Positions 1 to 8,228 of a stretch of 59,496 nt of DNA are shown one piece after another. The notes beneath the pieces were generated by a model, which did no database searches, was not told the origin of the DNA, and saw nothing but the letters and a program-made list of their open reading frames with translations. Both the position numbers and the translations under genes were made by a program. Origin of the DNA: a virus (Duplodnaviria; Caudoviricetes); the IMG/VR virus record IMGVR_UViG_3300035670_000232, positions 1-59,496 of that record, one strand, 5' to 3'. Position 1 is the first letter of the stretch. Every line of letters starts with the position of its first letter.

Positions 1-236
1 GGCGAGCCTAGTAGACTCCTCAATCGTCTCACCGGGCGCGCCCCGTTCAAGCCATCGGGCGTAGGCCTCGCTCGCGGAGTCTTGGGAGTCTACTGCCTTG
101 CCAGCCCTCGCCATGGATTCCAGACGCGCCCATACTTCGGCGTGATACTCGCTCGTTTTCATCGTTCTACCCTCACTAGGTTGGCCCCGGTTCCGAAGCG
201 GTTCCGATCGCCACTAGTAGGTATATCGGCCCGTCA
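1..236. repeat. Left copy of 236-bp terminal direct repeat (circularisation overlap)
   Basis: Matches 59261-59496 with 11 mismatches, all in 49-109; positions 110-236 (127 bp) are identical. Confidence 0.95.
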
Positions 237-264
237 TGCCGGTTTCAATAGCAGTATTGAAACC
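223..264 (-). promoter_or_regulatory. Perfect 10-bp inverted repeat (operator-like) overlapping a putative promoter for the leftward ECF-like gene
   Basis: GGTTTCAATA-GCAG-TATTGAAACC at 241-264; the - strand reads TTGAAA-17nt-TATACC upstream of the ATG at 162 (=59422). Confidence 0.5.
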
Positions 265-286
265 TTGCCAAATTGGAAGTTTTCGG

Positions 287-772
287 GTTTTCGGGGCCGT
301 TGCCCGTTGTCAGTGTCGGCGGGATGGTTTCCGGTTTTCCGGTTTTCGTTCCGCTTCCCCGGATTAGGTTTTCGGGGCCGTTGCCCGTTAGTGGTGGCGG
401 GATGGTCGCTTCCCCCCTCGCAGTGTGCGATGGAGTGTAGGGAGCGACGAAAACGTTCTCGGAGGGCAGCACTATGCCACCGCTCTTTGTCGGTCGATAC
501 CTTTTCGACGGCGAGCTAGATTCCGTTGAACCGGGCGATATTCGCTCGGCGCTGGCGGATTTTGAGACTGGCTACTACGCCAGAGTCGTCGTGCGAACCA
601 GAACCGGCGTCATTGTTGCCGAGTTCAACAATCCGGTCGTGTGATCCCGAGCGACCATACATGAGGACTGGCCTACCGCGACCTAGGAAGCGCGACTAGG
701 CAATCGGGACTACCGTACACTTTCGGCCTTGAAATTTAGTTTTCGGGGCCGTTGACCGTATATGTCGGCGGG
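287..772 (+). repeat. Three dispersed direct repeats GTTTTCGGGGCCGTTG(C/A)CCGT..GGCGGG, putative early promoters or operators
   Basis: Copies at 287-328, 368-406 and 739-772, all intergenic and upstream of the first + strand genes. Confidence 0.75.
474..644 (+). CDS. Small early hypothetical protein (56 aa, MPPLFVGRY...)
   Basis: Below the ORF-track cutoff; GGAGGG SD at 461; translated by hand. Confidence 0.6.
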   Translation: MPPLFVGRYLFDGELDSVEPGDIRSALADFETGYYARVVVRTRTGVIVAEFNNPVV

Positions 773-807
773 CAGTTTTGCTCGCCGGTTTCCCTGAGGG
801 TGTAACC

Positions 808-1104
808 ATGTTTCGGATTACGGACGGGAAGGGTTTTCAAATAACCCTCCCGAACGGCTACACAGTCTCCGTGCAATTCGGCAGGCATAACTACTGCGAC
901 AATCGGGACGTTCGGCCAGAAACCGACGAAGCCCGACTCAATACAGAATGTGCCAACGCCGAGACGGGCGTCTGGCATGAGGCCAGCGGGGAGTGGGTTT
1001 CTCCTCATCCGCAGAACAGCGGCGACGACGTTTGCGGGCATCAAAACTCTGGCGATGTGCTGGAGTTGCTCAATATCGTTGCTGCGTATCCTCCGAGGGT
1101 GTAA
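808..1104 (+). CDS. Phage hypothetical protein (GFQITLPNGYTVSVQFG..NYC motif)
   Basis: GAGGG SD plus ATG at 808; motif resembles a common small phage family. Confidence 0.8.
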   Translation: MFRITDGKGFQITLPNGYTVSVQFGRHNYCDNRDVRPETDEARLNTECANAETGVWHEASGEWVSPHPQNSGDDVCGHQNSGDVLELLNIVAAYPPRV

Positions 1105-1106
1105 CC

Positions 1107-1298
1107 ATGTTTCGCCTCAATACGCTCACCGAACGGGATTTTCGTCTCGGGCGGCGAGAGTTCACCGGACAAGTGGTAGTCGGATATTCCTCCGGTTTCC
1201 GCATGTATTTCGTGCGCCGCGATGGGCAGCGTATCGAATGGTTCAAGGGTATCCACGCTGCTCGCGCTGCGGCAGCTAGGAAGCAGGTGTACGCATGA
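1107..1298 (+). CDS. Small early hypothetical protein
   Basis: Same 20-bp initiation region as the 808 gene; stop overlaps next start. Confidence 0.7.
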   Translation: MFRLNTLTERDFRLGRREFTGQVVVGYSSGFRMYFVRRDGQRIEWFKGIHAARAAAARKQVYA

Positions 1299-1519
1299 GA
1301 CGCTTGACAGCAAAATCGAAGAACGGCAGGCATCCACGATGGAAGCATCTAATCCTCGTGGAGTGCGACCGGCACTACGGCATGTGGATCGTCACGACGC
1401 CAGCACTGCCGGGCAAGTCGATGCTGGTTTCCAGTGACGATCTCGCGCACATGAATCCAGACTTGGCCGAACACGAGTACGGCTACGTTCCCGATGACTA
1501 TTTGGAGTGCTTTGAATGA
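1295..1519 (+). CDS. Small early hypothetical protein
   Basis: ATGA overlaps on both sides. Confidence 0.65.
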   Translation: MRRLTAKSKNGRHPRWKHLILVECDRHYGMWIVTTPALPGKSMLVSSDDLAHMNPDLAEHEYGYVPDDYLECFE

Positions 1520-1902
1520 GCGAACCGATGCGGGAGTGTGCCGATGGGCGCATGATCCCAGAAAGCCAAGCCGTCCAGACCGCTGATGGTAGATGGTGGC
1601 CCGAGGACGAATGTGGCCGAGACGACGACGACAACCTCGTCTGGGACCATATCAAAGTCCTAGAGTCGAAAGCCCGCGAGGAATCGCGACTGAGCGACAT
1701 TCTTTACGACAAAGTGAAGCAACTCAGCGGCGACGTAGAGCGTCTTCTTGCCACAAACAAAAAGATCAACTACGAAAACGACGAGCTAGAGATGGCCGTC
1801 GCTATCAGCGAGGTGACGATTGCCACGCTCAAAAAGGAAATCTGCTGGCTCAAGCAGCTAGTGCGCCGCCTTGATCCCGAATTCGGGCAGGGAGGGTGCT
1901 AA
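1516..1902 (+). CDS. Hypothetical protein with N-terminal (C/T)ADG repeats and C-terminal coiled coil
   Basis: ECADGRMIP..VQTADGRWWP..C; heptad-like C-terminal half. Confidence 0.75.
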   Translation: MSEPMRECADGRMIPESQAVQTADGRWWPEDECGRDDDDNLVWDHIKVLESKAREESRLSDILYDKVKQLSGDVERLLATNKKINYENDELEMAVAISEVTIATLKKEICWLKQLVRRLDPEFGQGGC

Positions 1903-1946
1903 CCGCACAAGCAGCCTCGCGGTGAGGCTGCGATTCTGGAGGGTGT

Positions 1947-3281
1947 ATGAGTACAGAAACCGACGACGAAGAGACAGTTGTATGTGCGGACGGCGAAACC
2001 CGTCCGGCATCCCTTTGCGTGGAGATTGACGGCGATTTCTACCAGTCCGATAGCGAGGATATTATCCTCTGCGATGACGACGAGTGGCGATTGCTGGAGG
2101 ACTGCGTGGAGACTGTCAACCATGGTTGGCGTCACCGCGACGAGTGCCACAACATTCCTCGCAATTCGCGGGAACAGCGATGGTACTACGAAGACGACGA
2201 AGATATTGTCTGCTGTCACGACGGCGAATACCGTATGCGTGACGACTGTACCTACGTCGAATGCGAGGGCGAATACTACCACTACGACGAGGTGTTTCAC
2301 TGCGAACACTGTGAAAACAGTTATCCAGACAGCTACTCGTCTCATATGGTAACGAATCGCCGTGGTTATGAGCAGACATGGTGCGAAACCTGTTTCCATG
2401 AGGACGGGTTTTGCTGCGAGAGTTGTGGCGAATGCTTCCACAACGACCACTATAACGAGGGTTGCTACTGCAATGACTGTGCCGGTGATAGCGAGGAGGA
2501 GCCTGAGGATCAAGGCGGTATTGAGTGCTACTCATGCCGCAAGTCCGACCGACTCCAGCCCGAGTCCACCGACAAGCAGTTGCTGGGCTACGAGTTGGAG
2601 GTGGTCAGTCGCAACGGATCGGTGAGCGATGCGGTGAAGTTCGTCAGGCAGCACCTGGCTACCGACTACGTTACCCTCAAATCCGATGGCAGCATCTGCG
2701 GCCCCGGCTTTGAGATCGTGTCACGGCCAGACAGTCTGGCAGTCCACAAGAAAAAGACTGAGGCCTTCCTCGCAGAGGCCAAGGATCACCTCAAATCGTG
2801 GCCAGCGAACCTGGACTGCGGGATGCACGTTCACATAACACGATCAGCACTCTCGCCCCTGCAACTTGGCAAGATGCTAGTCTTCCTCAACGACCCCGGC
2901 AACGAGCGATTCGTTACCGATGTGGCCGGGCGGGGGCCGATTGAATGGTGCAAGCGTAGTCCGAAAAAGCTGACCGATGGCATCAAGCGTAGCGACGAAC
3001 GTCGGGCAGCACTGAATCTCACCAACGACCGCACCGTGGAAGTAAGAATCTTCCGTGGCAACGTGGCCCGCGATGGGTTCATCAAAAACTTGGAGTTTGT
3101 GCAGGCTCTCGTAGACTTCACTGCTCCAGCCGAACAGTCTATCGGCAACTCGTGCCGCCACGACGAGTTCTGCAAGTGGCTCAATCCAAAACAGTACCCA
3201 ACACTTCACGCCTTCCTCCTGCGTAAGGGCTATGGCGTGAAGAAAATCAATCTCAAGAAGGGAGAGGACGAATGTGCCTAG
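1947..3281 (+). CDS. Putative amidoligase (COOH-NH2 ligase type 2) with acidic Cys/His-rich N-terminal repeats
   Basis: GYELEV, KSDGSI, GFEIVS, CGMHVH, TVEVRIFRG motifs; multiple CxxC. Confidence 0.85.
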   Translation: MSTETDDEETVVCADGETRPASLCVEIDGDFYQSDSEDIILCDDDEWRLLEDCVETVNHGWRHRDECHNIPRNSREQRWYYEDDEDIVCCHDGEYRMRDDCTYVECEGEYYHYDEVFHCEHCENSYPDSYSSHMVTNRRGYEQTWCETCFHEDGFCCESCGECFHNDHYNEGCYCNDCAGDSEEEPEDQGGIECYSCRKSDRLQPESTDKQLLGYELEVVSRNGSVSDAVKFVRQHLATDYVTLKSDGSICGPGFEIVSRPDSLAVHKKKTEAFLAEAKDHLKSWPANLDCGMHVHITRSALSPLQLGKMLVFLNDPGNERFVTDVAGRGPIEWCKRSPKKLTDGIKRSDERRAALNLTNDRTVEVRIFRGNVARDGFIKNLEFVQALVDFTAPAEQSIGNSCRHDEFCKWLNPKQYPTLHAFLLRKGYGVKKINLKKGEDECA

Positions 3282-4072
3282 CAGTCTACAAGCCAGCGAA
3301 TGTGCTGCCCAACTGGGAAGCCTACGAGCATGGCTTTGACAACAACAAAGACGGTGCGGGTTTCGTGGCGGCAGTCAATGGCCGTATCGAAATCCACAAG
3401 GGTTTCTTCACATTCGATGAGTTCAAGGCAGCGTTTGAGCCATACGCTGCTGCTCAGGCGGCCATTCACTTCCGACTGGCTACGCATGGCAACACCGACC
3501 ACGGTAATTGCCATCCGTTCCGCGTGTCGGACGAGACGGCGATGGTTCACAATGGCATCTTGAACATCGACTGCAACGTGAACAAAGAGAAGTCCGACAC
3601 CTGGCACTACTGCGAGCTAGTCTTGGCCCCGATGGCGAAGCGTGATCGCGGTTTCTTCAGGCGAGGAGCGATCAAGTTCATGGGCGAGGCTGCGATCAAG
3701 GGCAGCAAGTTCATCTTCCTCCGGGCAGATGGAGCCCATTCAATCTGGAATGAGAACGACGGGCTATGGGAGAACGACCAGTGGTGGAGCAACACATCCT
3801 TCAGGGTGCCACGCTACACCGCTGGCTACTTCGCCAAGGCCTTCTCCTCTTCCAAGAAAAAGGAAAAGGCCAGCGACGACTGGGGCTGGGATGTGCGGGA
3901 CTACGGCAAGGCCAGCAGCGAGAGCGAATACTACGACTTCCTCACTGGCGAAGCCAAGTGGGCGTACGACGAACTCCGCGACGTAGGCTTTGACGACTAC
4001 GAGATTGACAGACTGTACCGCGAAGAGGGTATCGACGCGGTGATTGCAACTGCGGAAGAAACCTACGAGTGA
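3272..4072 (+). CDS. Class II (Ntn) glutamine amidotransferase
   Basis: N-terminal Cys2 (MCL), N.DGAG, HFRLATHG, NCHPF, HNG, SDT motifs. Confidence 0.9.
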   Translation: MCLAVYKPANVLPNWEAYEHGFDNNKDGAGFVAAVNGRIEIHKGFFTFDEFKAAFEPYAAAQAAIHFRLATHGNTDHGNCHPFRVSDETAMVHNGILNIDCNVNKEKSDTWHYCELVLAPMAKRDRGFFRRGAIKFMGEAAIKGSKFIFLRADGAHSIWNENDGLWENDQWWSNTSFRVPRYTAGYFAKAFSSSKKKEKASDDWGWDVRDYGKASSESEYYDFLTGEAKWAYDELRDVGFDDYEIDRLYREEGIDAVIATAEETYE

Positions 4073-4082
4073 AAGGGCAACG

Positions 4083-4301
4083 ATGGATAAACCGATAGCG
4101 ACACTGACAATCACACTGACTGCGGCACAGGTGGCTACGATCACCGACGTTCTCAAGACTGCATCACTGGCTGCCTCACTCTGGGAGAGCATAGGTGGAG
4201 AGCCGAACCCAGTATCGGGGATGGATGCACTGACCAGCGTGTCCAGGGTGCTGGCTGAGGCGGCTAGTGCGGATATGAAACGACGCGCGGAGATGAACTG
4301 A
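4083..4301 (+). CDS. Small hypothetical protein
   Basis: Tightly packed + strand operon. Confidence 0.65.
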   Translation: MDKPIATLTITLTAAQVATITDVLKTASLAASLWESIGGEPNPVSGMDALTSVSRVLAEAASADMKRRAEMN

Positions 4302-4498
4302 TGGACCCAGAAGCAAACATGAAGCGGCAGATTGACCTGGCTCGTGAGATCGTCGCCATCTACAGTGTCGGCTCCGAGAGCCACGACCTTGGCGAGGCGA
4401 TAGTCTGGCGGGCAGAGGAACTTGCTGAGTTGGTCTTGGCAATGCACTATTGGAAGACGAAGGGAGGGGGCAATGCGACGACTGATAGAGTGGGTTGA
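4301..4498 (+). CDS. Small hypothetical protein (MDPEAN..LAELVLAMHYW..GG)
   Basis: TGATG coupling; typical small phage protein pattern. Confidence 0.7.
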   Translation: MDPEANMKRQIDLAREIVAIYSVGSESHDLGEAIVWRAEELAELVLAMHYWKTKGGGNATTDRVG

Positions 4499-4688
4499 CA
4501 AGGCACTGAACCGCCAGGTCTATATCCGAAACGGTCGGAAAGAGGGGTGGGTTGATGTGTTCTTTGAGGATGAGGATGACACCACGATTCGGGTGGAGTT
4601 GAACACGAAGCACGACCAGAACTATGAGGAGGTTGCCATGCGGGAGTGGCAGCGAATGAAGGACGTTGACGCTGGAGGTGCCGGATGA
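4473..4688 (+). CDS. Small hypothetical protein
   Basis: GGAGG SD; operon packing. Confidence 0.65.
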   Translation: MRRLIEWVDKALNRQVYIRNGRKEGWVDVFFEDEDDTTIRVELNTKHDQNYEEVAMREWQRMKDVDAGGAG

Positions 4689-5065
4689 AGGAGGACATCG
4701 CAAACCTATGGACGCAAGCCCTTGAGTCTGGCAAGTACGATCAGTGCAGGGGTGCGTTGAAGCGAGTGGAGGAGAGCGGCTACGGCTGCGGTTACTGCTG
4801 CCTCGGCGTACTGTGCGAACTGTACCGCGAGGAGAATGAAGATGCAGTGTGGGTGCATGACGACTACGGCGATGGCGAGCGGTTCTTCGTTGAAGATGAG
4901 GCGGAAAGTGCAGTGCTACCTCATGTCGTTCGTGAATGGTCTGGCTTAGCCCTGCCTGACGGGTGGATTACGTCTGAGGGCCGCAGCCTGGCGAGCCTGA
5001 ACGATGAGGGCGCCAGCTTCTTGCAGATCGCAGAGTTGATTCGCAAACACCGGGAGGAATTGTAA
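4685..5065 (+). CDS. Phage protein with W..ALESG.Y.Q..G.L..CCLGVLC motif
   Basis: Motif; paralog at 6378-6731. Confidence 0.8.
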   Translation: MKEDIANLWTQALESGKYDQCRGALKRVEESGYGCGYCCLGVLCELYREENEDAVWVHDDYGDGERFFVEDEAESAVLPHVVREWSGLALPDGWITSEGRSLASLNDEGASFLQIAELIRKHREEL

Positions 5066-5436
5066 TGGGATACTACGTCATTATGGATTTGTATGCCGAG
5101 ATCGAAGGCAAGCACGATGAGGCCGCGCTCTCAGCCATCAACGGGCTGGGCTGCGGCGACTGGGTTGATGGCGGCGGCAAGTTCACCGACCTCGTTGATG
5201 CCATCGACAGTTGGCGGTACGCAGCCAAGCGATTGCGAGGCGGCATGGTGGAAATCAGCGAGTTCGTTGGCCAGAAGTGGGGCGATGACGAGAAGTTCTG
5301 GCAGGCACTCGCACCGTACATTACCGATGGCGGGTGCGTCACCTGCCACGGCGAGGACGGCGAGCAGTGGCAGTACGTCTTTGCCAATGGCAAGATGAAG
5401 ACCTATCGCCGCAGTGCGGAGTGGGTAGAGGAATGA
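5065..5436 (+). CDS. Hypothetical protein (LAPYI..G....GEDGEQW motif)
   Basis: TAATG coupling; GGAGG SD. Confidence 0.75.
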   Translation: MGYYVIMDLYAEIEGKHDEAALSAINGLGCGDWVDGGGKFTDLVDAIDSWRYAAKRLRGGMVEISEFVGQKWGDDEKFWQALAPYITDGGCVTCHGEDGEQWQYVFANGKMKTYRRSAEWVEE

Positions 5437-5438
5437 CC

Positions 5439-5467
5439 TTGACTCCACACCAGACTGTCGTTAGGAT
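5439..5467 (+). promoter_or_regulatory. Sigma70-type promoter
   Basis: TTGACT-17nt-TAGGAT in the intergenic gap. Confidence 0.65.
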
Positions 5468-5499
5468 TGCATAGCAGGATACACACCAGGAGGGATGGA

Positions 5500-5862
5500 A
5501 TGTTCACGCGATTCATGGATATGCACAGTGGCGGCGGTACTAAGGAGCCGCCGTACGAGTACATCTACATCGAAGCCCCTGAAGCGGAGGCCAAGGTGAT
5601 CTTCTACAATCGCTTCGGCCACAACCCGGAGCGGGTCACTTGCACCTGCTGCGGCGAGGACTATTCGATTGACTCGTACGAAACGCTGGAGGATGCGACT
5701 GCTTATGACTGCCGCCCGCCGTGGGGTGCCGTGGATTGCAGGGCGGTTTCCCTTGAGGACTACCTCGCCCGCAAGGATGTGCTTGTGATCCGGGCCAGTG
5801 AGATTACGGATGCCGACCGGGAGGGCAGCGTGCCAGCCCAAGGCTATGTGTGGGTAGGGTAG
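5500..5862 (+). CDS. Phage hypothetical protein (FMDMHSGGG...CTCCGEDY)
   Basis: AGGAGG SD; Zn-binding-like CxCC. Confidence 0.8.
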   Translation: MFTRFMDMHSGGGTKEPPYEYIYIEAPEAEAKVIFYNRFGHNPERVTCTCCGEDYSIDSYETLEDATAYDCRPPWGAVDCRAVSLEDYLARKDVLVIRASEITDADREGSVPAQGYVWVG

Positions 5863-5873
5863 TGGAGAAAGAC

Positions 5874-6239
5874 ATGGCAACGATAGAGTTCCGCCCGCAC
5901 CACACCACTAAGGGCAAGGCCAAGAAGCCCGAGCCTGCGTGGCTGATAGCACGAGGCGAGCGTATTGACCTGGTGTTCAGAGCAAGAGAAGCCGCCGATG
6001 CTGGTATTGACCTGGCTTCGCAGGTTATCGCTGGCTACAACGACGACCTGAAACAGTGGAGCCTGCTGCCCACGGGTGACGGCTATAGGGTCCACCAGTA
6101 CGGCAGGACAGGGGATATGCTGTACGTCCGCATCACAGTACCGCAGCAGTTCCGCGAGCGTTTCAAGATCAAGGACCGCATGGCCTTCACCGCTACCGGA
6201 GTGAAGCATGGTCGGTTCGTCATGGCAGGTGTGAAGTGA
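5874..6239 (+). CDS. Hypothetical protein
   Basis: GGAG SD; operon packing. Confidence 0.7.
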   Translation: MATIEFRPHHTTKGKAKKPEPAWLIARGERIDLVFRAREAADAGIDLASQVIAGYNDDLKQWSLLPTGDGYRVHQYGRTGDMLYVRITVPQQFRERFKIKDRMAFTATGVKHGRFVMAGVK

Positions 6240-6427
6240 AGATCGAACTGGACATCACGTTTGACCAAGCCGTTGAGCTTGAGGCGTTGCTGTACGGAGA
6301 GAGGGATGGTGAGTTCGCTGCCACCGTGGCAGTGATTCATGAGCAGGTTGAGCGGGCCTTAGACGAGGAGGAGCGGCATGGACAGAGCGATAGCATTGCG
6401 GTGGGCAGAAAATCTGGAGGCCGATGA
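6236..6427 (+). CDS. Small hypothetical protein
   Basis: GTGA overlap. Confidence 0.6.
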   Translation: MKIELDITFDQAVELEALLYGERDGEFAATVAVIHEQVERALDEEERHGQSDSIAVGRKSGGR

Positions 6428-6731
6428 GGACAAGCAGTGCCGCCGAGGGCTGAGGGTTGGCGATGAATACTGCGCACTGGGATTGTTGTGCGAGCTTCAC
6501 CGCAAGGAAACTGGCGAAGGCCAGTGGGTACACACACTTGAGGATGCGTGGGAATACCGGGCCGGGATCGTTACGAAGGCCATGTTCCCGCCAGTGATGG
6601 TATTCAAGTGGGCCGATTGCGGCAGCGACAAAGACCTGCATTTTCTGGAGGAAGTTGCCCAGCGAAACGACAATGGTGACGGGTTCGGTTTGATTGCCAA
6701 GAAGATCAAGGAGTATGTCAACGATGCCTAA
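6378..6731 (+). CDS. Paralog of 4685-5065
   Basis: IA.RW...LE.....QCR.GL....YCALGLLCEL.R.E; ND.G..F..IA..I. Confidence 0.75.
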   Translation: MDRAIALRWAENLEADEDKQCRRGLRVGDEYCALGLLCELHRKETGEGQWVHTLEDAWEYRAGIVTKAMFPPVMVFKWADCGSDKDLHFLEEVAQRNDNGDGFGLIAKKIKEYVNDA

Positions 6732-6933
6732 GTTTCTGTGCGTTGGTGGGCTGCATGACGGCCAATGGATGACAGTCAAGCAGGCCAAGGCTACCAAAGA
6801 GTATGCCCGCATGCCGATCCGTGCGTGCGGCAAGGGCTTCATGGTATTCCGCGCCAAGTATCTATCGGACCTTGAGACGGTGATGATTCTGCTGGACGGG
6901 TATCGTGCCGCGTCCACAGCCAGGAAAGATTGA
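6724..6933 (+). CDS. Small hypothetical protein (GG..DG motif)
   Basis: Operon packing. Confidence 0.6.
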   Translation: MPKFLCVGGLHDGQWMTVKQAKATKEYARMPIRACGKGFMVFRAKYLSDLETVMILLDGYRAASTARKD

Positions 6934-6952
6934 CCTATTCACGGAGGGTGAT

Positions 6953-7165
6953 ATGCAAGTAGAGATCAAGGTGACATACGAGGAGGCTGAGCTTCTCATG
7001 AGTCTCGTTCGCGGTGAGCTTGACTACCTGAACCAGGGCATGGCCTGCGGACTGGATCACCTGGCCGGTGAGGAGCAGCGAATGAGAAACCTGCAACGTC
7101 GCATCGGCGTAGCCATGATGGCGACCGAGATAGTAGAGGGGGTGGTTCATGGACCCGTGGCTTGA
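6953..7165 (+). CDS. Small hypothetical protein
   Basis: GGAGG SD. Confidence 0.65.
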   Translation: MQVEIKVTYEEAELLMSLVRGELDYLNQGMACGLDHLAGEEQRMRNLQRRIGVAMMATEIVEGVVHGPVA

Positions 7166-7219
7166 CTTTTGCTTGGCGTTGTTTTGTTTCTATGTTCTCA
7201 TGGGATGGGGGGAGTAGCT

Positions 7220-7429
7220 ATGTGGATTAGACGCAAGACCTACGACAAGATGCTGAACGACAACCTAGCTATGAAGATGGAGCGAGACGAGGAGCGAGGA
7301 AAGAGGGAGCGGGTTGAGGCGGAGATGCTTGAGGCACACCGCCAGAACGCTACCCTCATGGTTGCATTGCGTGCGTTGCGTGATGTGAACGCGGACCTGG
7401 ACAGGAAGCTACAGGATGCCAACAACTAG
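7220..7429 (+). CDS. Small coiled-coil protein
   Basis: GGAG SD; heptad pattern. Confidence 0.65.
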   Translation: MWIRRKTYDKMLNDNLAMKMERDEERGKRERVEAEMLEAHRQNATLMVALRALRDVNADLDRKLQDANN

Positions 7430-8228
7430 ATGCTACGTCCGTGTGTCTACCGACAAGCAGGAGAATTCCTTTGAGGTACAGCAAGCTCGCCTCATTGAGG
7501 CAGCTAAGAAGCTGGGCCTGCCGGTCAAGGTGTACGCAGACTTCGATGTGTCGGCACGGAAGATTGCCTTGCACAATCGGCCCGAGGGCAAGAGGATGTG
7601 CGAAGACTTGGAGCCGGGGGATCATGTGTTCTTCACCTCTATCTCCCGTGGTTTCCGCCGGGCAGCCGAGTGCATCCAGCGGTTCCAGACATGGTGGGAG
7701 ATGGGCATCACCGCCCACATGCTGGACATGAACGTGGACATGAGTACCCCCTATGGCCGTGCCATCCTGGGGTACATGGCAGTGGGTGCGGAGCTTGAGT
7801 CCGACCTGAACTCCGAGCGAAGGAAGGAGATAGTAGCCCACAAGCGGAAGACAGACCAGCCATACAACCAGATCCGACCGTGGGGATGGATCGCCACCAA
7901 GGATAAGCGTGGCAAGCTCAAGGGCTGGGCTATCTACGAGCCCGAGCGTCAGACCGTGAAGCTCATCCGCTCGCTGCGGGAAGCGGGTGCCTCATACCGG
8001 GACATCGTGTTCGATCTGTCCATCAAGTACAAGATCAAGAAGCCCCACGCGAAGGGCGGCGACACCTACTACCAGCTTGTGGATGTTGTCTCTCTTCTGA
8101 AGGCGGCGGCAAATGGGTATCCAAGGCTGCCGCGAGCCTTTTGGCAAGCTCGCGACTACGCACAGAAGCTAGACGAGTTGAGGTTGAATGGCGACCTGCG
8201 ATTGCGCGAAGAGTGCATCCATTCTTGA
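7416..8228 (+). CDS. Serine recombinase, resolvase/invertase family
   Basis: YVRVSTDKQ catalytic motif, S.R...RP, SISRGFR, AELE....SER. Confidence 0.9.
   Translation: MPTTRCYVRVSTDKQENSFEVQQARLIEAAKKLGLPVKVYADFDVSARKIALHNRPEGKRMCEDLEPGDHVFFTSISRGFRRAAECIQRFQTWWEMGITAHMLDMNVDMSTPYGRAILGYMAVGAELESDLNSERRKEIVAHKRKTDQPYNQIRPWGWIATKDKRGKLKGWAIYEPERQTVKLIRSLREAGASYRDIVFDLSIKYKIKKPHAKGGDTYYQLVDVVSLLKAAANGYPRLPRAFWQARDYAQKLDELRLNGDLRLREECIHS

Noticed and set aside
7416-8228. Serine recombinase as the cassette integrase or as a prophage integrase
   Set aside because: attC recombination is done by IntI tyrosine recombinases; at 270 aa it is short for a large serine integrase, and no att or invertible segment was identified
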